Under the pieces are notes generated by a model that saw nothing but the letters and a program-made list of their open reading frames with translations, was not told the DNA's origin and did no database searches. From NCBI GenBank assembly GCA_949283525.1, contig CASDSK010000038.1, forward strand, positions 1-64,000: DNA of 64,000 nt, written 5' to 3'. Positions 40,949-48,717 of the stretch are shown piece after piece. Every line of letters starts with the position of its first letter. Positions within the stretch are counted from its first letter, which is position 1. Origin of the DNA: an uncultured Eubacteriales bacterium (GTDB taxonomy: Bacteria > Bacillota > Clostridia > Christensenellales > UBA1242). The translations under genes and the position numbers were made by a program.

Positions 40949-41671
40949 TTATATTTCTTCCCAAATATACAAAAATCTTTCATACAATCCTTTTAATGAT
41001 TTTATTTTCTCTATTTTATCCAAAATTACTTTGCTTAAACTAAAAATTATTTTTTTATTATTTATACTCAAGGCTTCTAACAAAGCATCAACATACTCTT
41101 TTATTTCTTCTTCTTTATCTTCTTTAATTTTGTAATCAGATTCTACAACTTTAATTATATCATTACAAATAACCTTGAGTTTATTTATAAAATCTTGATG
41201 TACTTTATTATCTACGTTTATTTCTTTCCTTACTTCATTATCAATTTGAATTTTTTTTGTATTCTCCAAATTAAGCATTGCATTTCGAAATGGTAAAATA
41301 AAATAATGCCCAAAATTTTGATAAATATCGTTTATAGTACCATCATAAACAAAATGTTTATTTGTAAAAGCCTCATAGTCAATTTGATTTAATGCTATTT
41401 GTTGTAATATTAAATAACATAATGCCACAATCTTCTCATTTTCTTTTGGCATTACAAAGTCTTTTGGCTTATTTTGATTAGCAGAAATTGCTATTCCAAG
41501 TTCAGTTGTAAAGTCAAAGTTATTTATACATTTTTTTACAATTTCTCTTAATGAAGTATCATTATTAATGCTTTCTAATAGTTTAACTATATTATTCCCT
41601 AGCATAATATATTTTGCATCAATAAAATTATTGCACAATTGAATAAATGGGCGTTGCTCTTTAGCTTCCAT
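40949..41671 (-). CDS. Uncharacterised cytoplasmic protein (240 aa).
   Basis: ORF convergent with the ylbJ-like gene. No known motif. Confidence 0.35.
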   Translation of the reverse strand: MEAKEQRPFIQLCNNFIDAKYIMLGNNIVKLLESINNDTSLREIVKKCINNFDFTTELGIAISANQNKPKDFVMPKENEKIVALCYLILQQIALNQIDYEAFTNKHFVYDGTINDIYQNFGHYFILPFRNAMLNLENTKKIQIDNEVRKEINVDNKVHQDFINKLKVICNDIIKVVESDYKIKEDKEEEIKEYVDALLEALSINNKKIIFSLSKVILDKIEKIKSLKGLYERFLYIWEEI

Positions 41672-41809
41672 ATTTTCACCTCAAACAAAAAGATTATAAC
41701 ATAATTAAATAATTAAAACAAATATTTTAGTAGATTAATATAAAATAGTTGGCAAATTTTAAATTTTATGATAAAATACATCTATGAAAATTTTAAGGAG
41801 GCAAATTAA

Positions 41810-42355
41810 TTGAGCACTCAATTTGTCGCTGATGAAACAGAAAATAAATTAATTTTACTGTTTATACTTGATAAAATGGAAATTCCTCTAACAGAAAACT
41901 CAATTATGGATATAGCGACCAGTCGCAATAATTGGCTTTCATATATGGATTGTAAAGATATTTTGTGGCAGTTAGTTAAAGCCAAATTTATCTACTTTGA
42001 CCAAAATCCAAACAATAAAGATGAGGGGCTTTATTCCATTACTACGGAAGGAAGAGATTGTTTATCTCATTTTTTTGCTAAAATCCCTCAATCTATTCGT
42101 GAAGACATTTCAAATTTTTGCAAACAAAATCGTATAATATTCAAAAGAGTACAAGAATATGTAGCAGTGTATCATAAAAATAATGATGGCACCCACACTA
42201 TTGTTTTGAGAATAAATAGTCCTAAAGGTTTTCAACCTATATTAAAATTACAGCTTAAGGTAGACTCTAGGAGAAGTGCAATAAATGCTTGTAAGAAATG
42301 GCAAGATAAAGCACCAATTATCTATGAAAAAATAATAGAAGATTTGCTTGATTAG
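41810..42355 (+). CDS. Uncharacterised winged-helix-like protein (DUF4364-like), TTG start.
   Basis: AAGGAGG SD 8 nt upstream of TTG. The N-terminal NKLILLFILDKMEIPLTE...YSITTEGRD pattern resembles PadR/DUF4364 wHTH proteins. Confidence 0.35.
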   Translation: MSTQFVADETENKLILLFILDKMEIPLTENSIMDIATSRNNWLSYMDCKDILWQLVKAKFIYFDQNPNNKDEGLYSITTEGRDCLSHFFAKIPQSIREDISNFCKQNRIIFKRVQEYVAVYHKNNDGTHTIVLRINSPKGFQPILKLQLKVDSRRSAINACKKWQDKAPIIYEKIIEDLLD

Positions 42356-42364
42356 GAGGAACAT

Positions 42365-42730
42365 ATGACAAATAAAATTAAACCACAATCTTTTAAGCCA
42401 CAAGGAATTTGTTTTACTCAATTCGTACTTAATTTTGAAGTTGACCAAGACAATGATTTAATTTGTAAAGAAATAAGAACATTAGGGAATGGATGCAAAG
42501 GCGTAATTTCTATATTAAATCAAATAACAGTTAATAAAAAAGCTAAAGATGTAGTAAAAGAGTTAGAAAATTCTCAAATTTGTAAAAATAATACTTCGTG
42601 TGCATTAGAATTAGTTAAAGCACTTAATGAAGCAATTTTAGTTCACAATGGCGTGGACATTTCCCAATTACATTCAAAACGAAAACCCCCTATTACAAAT
42701 ATAGGTTTATCAATTCAGTCAAAAAAATAA
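42365..42730 (+). CDS. Uncharacterised Cys-containing small protein (121 aa), co-operonic with the upstream gene.
   Basis: AGGAGG SD. 10-nt gap from the upstream ORF. Confidence 0.35.
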   Translation: MTNKIKPQSFKPQGICFTQFVLNFEVDQDNDLICKEIRTLGNGCKGVISILNQITVNKKAKDVVKELENSQICKNNTSCALELVKALNEAILVHNGVDISQLHSKRKPPITNIGLSIQSKK

Positions 42731-42768
42731 AGTGGAATTCTAATAAATTAGAACCCACTTTATTTTTT
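42729..42768. terminator. Bidirectional terminator.
   Basis: aaagtgg...ccacttt imperfect long hairpin followed by T6. Overlaps the stop codon of the minus-strand SBP gene. Confidence 0.5.
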
Positions 42769-43756
42769 ATGCAGCCATTTTTGATGTTACAATATTTGCG
42801 ATTGAATTATCTACAACTTTACTAAATTCAACATCTGTAGTTAATTCCCCTGCGTGCTTTATTATGTCCAAAAGATTTTTATAAGCAGTTTCTTTCATAA
42901 CAGGACTTTCTACCCAAGCATCAATCTCTTTATAACTTATAATTCCATTTTTTATTGATGTTCTAGTACTACCTGTAAATGATGGCATTAGTGAATCAAC
43001 AACTTTTTCTATGTCAGCAGTCATCAAAAATTGATAACCTTTCATAACAGCAGTTAAGAATTTTTCTGCTTTATCATTATTCTTTTTTAGCCAATTCTCA
43101 GTAGCCATAAATGCAGTATATGGCACTTCACCACTCTCCTGCCCAATTGAAGCTACTTTATATCCTTTACCTGCAGAAATATAGTCGCTAGCAACAGGTT
43201 CAAACATTGTACAATAATCACCTGTTCCATTTTCAAATGCACTAACCATTAAATCAAACGCAACATCAAGGTTGACTTCTGCAGTATCACCAACTCCGTT
43301 TTTATCTAAAACATATTGTAATGTCATCGCAGGCATACCACCCCTACGCCCTCCTAAAATTTCTTTGCCAGCTAAATCTGACCATTGAAAATTTGGTTCT
43401 TCATTTCTCCCAACTAATAATGTTCCATCTCTTTTTGTTAACTGACCAAAAATTATAGGTTGATTTGTACTGTTTTGTGCTGCAACATAAACAGCTGTCT
43501 CAGGGCCTAACAAAGCTATTTGTGACTGCCCAGAGATTAATGAAGTCATTGATTTGTCAGAACCACCGCCATTAATTAACTCAATCTCTAAGCCCTCATC
43601 TTCAAAATAGCCATTATTTATTGCAATATAAAGTGGAGCATAGAAGATGCTATGTGTTACTTCATTTAATTTAATTTTGTTTCCAGAATTACCACATCCA
43701 CTAAATGCTACAACAATTATTAAAGCCATTGAAATAAGTATATTAATTGTCTTCAT
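42767..43756 (-). CDS. ABC substrate-binding lipoprotein, NMT1/THI5-like (SsuA/ThiY type).
   Basis: Lipobox AFSGC after the signal peptide. NMT1-type periplasmic binding fold blocks. Confidence 0.75.
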   Translation of the reverse strand: MKTINILISMALIIVVAFSGCGNSGNKIKLNEVTHSIFYAPLYIAINNGYFEDEGLEIELINGGGSDKSMTSLISGQSQIALLGPETAVYVAAQNSTNQPIIFGQLTKRDGTLLVGRNEEPNFQWSDLAGKEILGGRRGGMPAMTLQYVLDKNGVGDTAEVNLDVAFDLMVSAFENGTGDYCTMFEPVASDYISAGKGYKVASIGQESGEVPYTAFMATENWLKKNNDKAEKFLTAVMKGYQFLMTADIEKVVDSLMPSFTGSTRTSIKNGIISYKEIDAWVESPVMKETAYKNLLDIIKHAGELTTDVEFSKVVDNSIANIVTSKMAA

Positions 43757-43907
43757 ATTTCCTCCGTAAATTGTATAAATGATAATTATACATTTTATTA
43801 TATTCTTAAAATTAATTTCCTGTTAATTTCATTCGACATTTTATCAAAAATTATTACATTTAATTGTATTATATAAAAAAATATGCTATAATACGCGTAG
43901 GTGAAAT

Positions 43908-44426
43908 ATGAATATAAAATATGTACCAAATATTTTAAGTTTTATTAGGCTACTATTAGTTCCTTTTTTTATAGTATCATTTTTTTTGATAAATAAATAT
44001 TTAGCACTTGCGATTTTTATCATAGCGTCAATAACTGATTTAATAGATGGTTATATTGCCCGTAATTATAACGCTGTTACTGAATTTGGAAAAGTATTAG
44101 ACCCTTTCGCTGATAAATTTATGAAAATATCGGCTTTAATTTGTTTGACTTTTGCTGATTTAATTCCATTATGGATAACAATTATAATGGTAGTATGTGA
44201 TTTAGCAATGATAATTAGCGGTATATGTTTATACAAAAAAAATATAACAATACAAAGTAATTGGATAGGTAAATTAGGGACTTTAATAATAAGCTTAGGT
44301 GTAATTCTTAGTTTTTTTACAGAATGGATAGGCAACGCTAACATATATGTAATTTACGCTGGAATAATTACGGCAATAATTGCTGGTTTAAATTATGTTT
44401 ATATTTTCTTTACAAAAAAAAAATAA
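43908..44426 (+). CDS. CDP-alcohol phosphatidyltransferase, a second short paralog.
   Basis: DLIDGYIARN....G..LDPFADKF motif. 172 aa. Confidence 0.75.
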   Translation: MNIKYVPNILSFIRLLLVPFFIVSFFLINKYLALAIFIIASITDLIDGYIARNYNAVTEFGKVLDPFADKFMKISALICLTFADLIPLWITIIMVVCDLAMIISGICLYKKNITIQSNWIGKLGTLIISLGVILSFFTEWIGNANIYVIYAGIITAIIAGLNYVYIFFTKKK

Positions 44427-44519
44427 ATATTCACAAAAATAATAAAGAAGTTATGGAAGAAAAAAAAGAAATTAATGAAAATACGAAGAATTAGTTATAA
44501 CTAATTTTAGCAAAATTTA

Positions 44520-44548
44520 TTGACAATGTTCCATCATTATGATATAAT
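44520..44548 (+). promoter_or_regulatory. Perfect consensus sigma-A promoter.
   Basis: TTGACA, a 17-nt spacer, TATAAT. The predicted TSS is about 5 nt before the first ATG, so the mRNA is leaderless or near-leaderless. Confidence 0.6.
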
Positions 44549-44559
44549 TATTTAGAGGT

Positions 44560-44817
44560 ATGATTATGGTAAGCACATTAATTTTAGGCGCAACATTTGG
44601 TGAATGGATATCAACTTGGTATCACATTGTTGCAATAGTTTTAATCGTAATTGGCATTGCTACATTTATTTTATCAAATAGGCTAGCAATGGTAATAAAA
44701 AAACAAGATAAAGTAGAATACAACGATAAATTAGTAATAATTTTAAGAACCGTTGGATTAATCCTTTTTGTTGTTGGAATTATTTTATTTTGTTTGCCAC
44801 CAAAAGGAATGAATTAA
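44560..44817 (+). CDS. Small 2-TM membrane protein (85 aa).
   Basis: ORF immediately after the consensus promoter. A second in-frame ATG lies at 44566. Confidence 0.4.
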   Translation: MIMVSTLILGATFGEWISTWYHIVAIVLIVIGIATFILSNRLAMVIKKQDKVEYNDKLVIILRTVGLILFVVGIILFCLPPKGMN

Positions 44818-44838
44818 TTGTACAATTTTGTACAATAT

Positions 44839-44914
44839 GCTCTCATCGTCTAGTGGTCTAGGACGCTAGCCTCTCACGCTGGTAACACGGGTTCAAATCC
44901 CGTTGAGAGTACCA
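44839..44914 (+). tRNA. tRNA-Glu (anticodon CUC by manual folding), CCA encoded.
   Basis: Cloverleaf: acceptor gctctca/tgagagt, D-arm gtct..ggac, anticodon stem ctagc/gctgg with loop cuCUCac, T-arm acggg-ttcaaat-cccgt, then ACCA. Confidence 0.8.
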
Positions 44915-44926
44915 TTTTAACTATAA

Positions 44927-44958
44927 AAATGTCTTTTTGAGTAAAGACATTTTTTTTA
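44927..44958 (+). terminator. Rho-independent terminator after the tRNA.
   Basis: 10-bp aaatgtcttt/aaagacattt stem, a 6-nt loop, then T7. Confidence 0.75.
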
Positions 44959-44966
44959 CAAAAAAT

Positions 44967-44995
44967 TTGCAATTATTTTTCGTTCATATTATATT
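44967..44995 (+). promoter_or_regulatory. Promoter of trpF.
   Basis: TTGCAA, a 17-nt spacer, TATATT. Followed by an AGAGGA SD. Confidence 0.5.
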
Positions 44996-45010
44996 TAGTT
45001 AGAGGATAAA

Positions 45011-45673
45011 ATGTATAAAGATGTAAAAATAAAAATTTGTGGAATAAAAAATAAAGAGGATGCACTCTTATGTGTAAATAACGGCGCAAATGCAATAGAA
45101 ATGCTTGTTGGGCAAAAACACTTTAGTACAGATTTTATTTCTAAAGAAATTGCAAAAGAAATTGTTGATGTCTTACCACCCTTTTGTAGCAGTGTTATAG
45201 TTACTCATAGCGAAGTTGCTGACGAAATTATATCAATTTGTAAATTTGTAAATAACACAACAATTCAGTTGCATTCTATAATTAACGAAGATGAAGTTAA
45301 AAAAATTAAAGAATCGTTGCCATATATCAAACTTATAAGACTAATTCATATTTTACGTGATGGTGATATTATAACAGACTATAAATCAATGAAATATGCA
45401 GATGCATATTTATTAGATAGTTTTAATCTAAAAACAAACCAAGTAGGCGGAACTGGACTAACTCACAATTGGAATTCTAGCAAAAATTTAATACAAGAAT
45501 TAAACAAACCAGTAATTCTTGCTGGGGGCTTAAACCCTTATAATATTGTTGATGCTATAAATATAGTCAATCCTTGAGGTGTTGATGTCAATACTGGACT
45601 TAAAGCACAAAATGGCCTTGAAGATTATAAAGCAGTTGTAAAATTTATTAATAATATTAAAAATACAAAATAA
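45011..45673 (+). pseudogene. trpF: Phosphoribosylanthranilate isomerase interrupted by an in-frame TGA at 45575-45577. The reading frame continues for 31 codons to the natural TAA.
   Basis: KICGI N-terminus and the PRAI fold. The stop falls in NP-*-GVDVNTGL, where homologues have P-[W/Y/F]-GVDVSSG. Confidence 0.6.
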
Positions 45674-46004
45674 ACAATTTTATATTTTAAAAAAAATTGT
45701 GGCAAATTTAAATCAAATAAAATTATGGAATATATTTATAGAAAAACTAAAATTTCATAAACTGAAATAAAAAAATAAGAATAAGAATAAGTAATTAGTA
45801 TTAATATAAATTTTTATTTTATAAAATATAATAATTTTAAGTAAAAACAATGAAAACACATCAGAATTATATAATCTAATGTGTTTTTATATTTTGTTTA
45901 TTAATTATTTTAAATTGTTATAAAAATTTCTTTATCAAATAAATTGTAGTAACTACAAAAAGACCATTAAATATGGCCATTTTTATATTAATTATTAAAT
46001 ATTA

Positions 46005-47639
46005 TTATTCGACTGAAACTACATAATAATATACAGGTTGCCCACCATAAATGGCAGTAACTTCACAATTACTAAATTTTTCTGCCAATTTATCTTGCAT
46101 TTCAATAGCTTTCGCTTCTTCAACCCCTGCTCCATAGAATAATGTTATATTAACAGATTCTTCACTTACTAAAGCGTTCACCAAATCCTCTAAAGTTTGT
46201 TCAATAGTTTCGCCTTTTGCTCTAATATGAGATTCATCTAATCCAATTATTTCGCCCTCTTTAATGTCAAAGCCATCTACACTTGTTGTTCTAACAGCAT
46301 TTGTTATCGAACCACTACGCACAATTTGACTGCTTTCTTTCATATTTTGTATGTTTTCGTCTTTGTCAGCGTCAGGATTAAAAGCCAAAATTGCTGATAT
46401 GCCTTGTGGAACACTAGTTGTCGGTATGACATATACCTGTTTTTGAGATAGTGCTTTAGCCTGCTCAGCAGCTAAAATTATATTTTTATTGTTAGGGAAC
46501 ACATAAACAGTTTTTGATGGGACAGCTTCAATTGCTTGAGCGATATCATCTGCACTTGGATTCATAGTTTGCCCACCTTCAATTATGTGATCAACACCCA
46601 AATCTTTAAATACAGCACTTAACCCATCACCAGCACAAACTGAGACCATACCATATGGCTTTTCATTTTTATTTTCAGCAAGTTTTCTTAACTCTCTATT
46701 TTGCTCACGCATATTTTCAATCTTAAGATTATATAACTCACCTAATTCCAAAGCGTAACCTAAAGCCTTATTAGGCTCATTTGTATGCACGTGAATTTTA
46801 ACTAATGACAAATCCCCTGTGCAAATTACAGAATCACCTATTGACATTAATTTTTCTCTTAATTTATCAATATCAGATTCCGTTGTTTTCTTAAACATAT
46901 GAATTATCATAAACTCGGTACAATAACCAAATTCTATATCGGCAAGTGCCTCTAAATTAACGTGAAATTCTTTAATATTATCTAAAGTTTTAGCAATGTC
47001 AGTCATTTCAAATTCAAATGTTTCATCATTAATTATTACTTTATAGAAACCTTGGAAAATGACCATTAAAGCGCGCCCACCAGCATCTATGACTCCTGCT
47101 TTGGCTAGGACAGGCAACATTTCAGGAGTTTTTTGAAGAATTTCTTCACCCTTATCAATAACATATTTTAAGAAGTCCTCAAATTCAGTCATTTTCTTAC
47201 ATGCAGTCCCTGCTTCTTCTGCCATTGTTCTAATAACTGTTAAAATTGTTCCTTCCTTAGGTTTTGTTACTGCTTGATACGCTATCGCTGAACCTTCTTT
47301 CAATGCTTTAGCAAAGTTCTTAGTTGTTATTTCTGTACAAGTTTTTGTAACTTGCGCAATACCTTTAAGAATTTGCGAAAGAATAACACCACTATTACCT
47401 CTTGCACCACGCAAAGCACCCTTTGACAATGCGTTGCTTAAATCTTCTAAATTGTTTGACGTGCAATTATTAATTTCGTTTATTGCCGATTTTAATGTTA
47501 AAAATGTATTTGTACCAGTATCTCCATCTGGAACAGGAAATACATTTAATGAATCGACATATTTTTTATTTTTCTCCAAATTGCTGCAACCTGCAAAAAG
47601 CATTTTTCTAAAGGTTGCACCATTTATTGTCTTAGTCAT
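46005..47639 (-). CDS. yloV: DAK2-domain fusion protein YloV.
   Basis: N-terminal Dak phosphatase-like domain (VPDGDTGTN) and a C-terminal DegV-like/YloV domain. Downstream of the Asp23 gene. Confidence 0.85.
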   Translation of the reverse strand: MTKTINGATFRKMLFAGCSNLEKNKKYVDSLNVFPVPDGDTGTNTFLTLKSAINEINNCTSNNLEDLSNALSKGALRGARGNSGVILSQILKGIAQVTKTCTEITTKNFAKALKEGSAIAYQAVTKPKEGTILTVIRTMAEEAGTACKKMTEFEDFLKYVIDKGEEILQKTPEMLPVLAKAGVIDAGGRALMVIFQGFYKVIINDETFEFEMTDIAKTLDNIKEFHVNLEALADIEFGYCTEFMIIHMFKKTTESDIDKLREKLMSIGDSVICTGDLSLVKIHVHTNEPNKALGYALELGELYNLKIENMREQNRELRKLAENKNEKPYGMVSVCAGDGLSAVFKDLGVDHIIEGGQTMNPSADDIAQAIEAVPSKTVYVFPNNKNIILAAEQAKALSQKQVYVIPTTSVPQGISAILAFNPDADKDENIQNMKESSQIVRSGSITNAVRTTSVDGFDIKEGEIIGLDESHIRAKGETIEQTLEDLVNALVSEESVNITLFYGAGVEEAKAIEMQDKLAEKFSNCEVTAIYGGQPVYYYVVSVE

Positions 47640-47688
47640 TAATATCCTCCAAAAATTTGCTTAAACAAGCAAAAGAAGGCATACAAAG

Positions 47689-48039
47689 TTAAACTTTGAC
47701 GCCCATTATATTTACGTTTATAGATTCTACAATCATACCTGTAAAATCTTCAACATTATACTTCACAGATTTTTTTAAACTGTCGGCAACAGCATTGATT
47801 GAAACGCCATATTTTAATATTACACTCAAATCTAATAAAATCTTATTATCGTGTGTAGTAACTTTAACTCCACGTTTGTAATTTCTTTTTTTGAATAACT
47901 CTGCTAAATTATCAGTAAGACGTCTTGGAACTAAATCTACAACGCCATAGCATTCCAAAGCAAAATATCCTGCTACATTTGCTATTGCTTCATCACTGAT
48001 AGTTATTCTCCCATTTTTATTTGATGTATGTACTGCCAT
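47689..48039 (-). CDS. yloU: Asp23/Gls24 family (alkaline shock) protein YloU.
   Basis: Asp23 family blocks. Divergent from rpmB as in Bacillus. Confidence 0.8.
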   Translation of the reverse strand: MAVHTSNKNGRITISDEAIANVAGYFALECYGVVDLVPRRLTDNLAELFKKRNYKRGVKVTTHDNKILLDLSVILKYGVSINAVADSLKKSVKYNVEDFTGMIVESINVNIMGVKV

Positions 48040-48274
48040 TGCAATCTCCTACTTTTAGCTGTAAATCGACATTGATATTGTACTATATATTCAAAAAAAA
48101 ATCAACCATATTTATAAATTTTATAAATAGATTTATAAAAATACTTGATTTTTTTTGTATTTTATTGTATCATATACGAGTATGAAAACAATTGTTTAAT
48201 ATTTATGCAATTCTACATTTATATTTTATACAAATGTTTATAGAATATTACAAAATTTTATTGGAGGTGTTATT

Positions 48275-48466
48275 ATGCCAAAAACTTGTAGTATATGTGG
48301 CAAAGACAAATTGAAAGGCAATAAAATTGCTCATTCACGCTCACACGTTAGTGGTAGAACAATTAGAACTTTTAAACCTAATTTACAAAAAGTTAGATTA
48401 GAAGATGAAAATGGTACAGTAACTACACAATATGTTTGTACTAAATGCTTAAAAAAAGTTAACTAA
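48275..48466 (+). CDS. rpmB: 50S ribosomal protein L28.
   Basis: MPK.C..CGK....GN.ISHS...T.R.F.PNLQ pattern. 63 aa. Confidence 0.9.
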   Translation: MPKTCSICGKDKLKGNKIAHSRSHVSGRTIRTFKPNLQKVRLEDENGTVTTQYVCTKCLKKVN

Positions 48467-48471
48467 AATTT

Positions 48472-48498
48472 CCTGCCTATATGCAGGCTTTTTTTTTG
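48472..48498 (+). terminator. rpmB terminator.
   Basis: cctgc-ctatat-gcagg hairpin followed by T9. Confidence 0.7.
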
Positions 48499-48501
48499 GA
48501 A

Positions 48502-48531
48502 TGTACATAATTTATATTTTTATCATATAAT
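48502..48531 (+). promoter_or_regulatory. Putative promoter of the 24-codon peptide gene.
   Basis: TGTACA, an 18-nt spacer, extended -10 TcaTATAAT. Confidence 0.4.
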
Positions 48532-48547
48532 TTATTAGGGGGTTGTT

Positions 48548-48622
48548 ATGAAAATAATATGTATAAAAGCACCAAAATTGTTAAGAGGAATTTTAAAATT
48601 ATTTTTTAAACCTAATAAATAA
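48548..48622 (+). CDS. 24-aa cationic amphipathic peptide (MKIICIKAPKLLRGILKLFFKPNK).
   Basis: Strong SD AGGGGG 5 nt upstream of ATG. Bracketed by its own promoter and a terminator at 48663-48697. Confidence 0.3.
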   Translation: MKIICIKAPKLLRGILKLFFKPNK

Positions 48623-48662
48623 ATATAAATATTAATAATTTTTGCAACTAAAAAAATATAAA

Positions 48663-48697
48663 AGAATGAAGTCCACTTACGACTTTATTCTTTTTTT
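48663..48697. terminator. Bidirectional terminator serving the peptide gene (+) and the PEP-utilising enzyme gene (-).
   Basis: gaatgaagtc-cacttac-gactttattc stem flanked by T-runs on both strands. Confidence 0.55.
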
Positions 48698-48717
48698 GAA
48701 TACAATATTAATATAAT

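Noticed and set aside
44427-44470. Tiny ORF MEEKKEINENTKN in the spacer upstream of the consensus promoter.
   Set aside because: It has no SD or promoter, and the sequence is simply A-rich spacer.
45575-45577. Genome-wide TGA=Trp (translation table 4, Mollicutes-like), suggested by the in-frame TGA in trpF and the very low GC.
   Set aside because: Trp is encoded by TGG at every Trp I checked (four in rnhA). Dozens of long conserved genes (pnp, ftsK, priA, pcrA, ligA) are uninterrupted under the standard code, and TGA also ends an ORF that is followed by non-coding A/T junk (5233-5235). The TGA in trpF is treated as a local lesion or recoding site instead.
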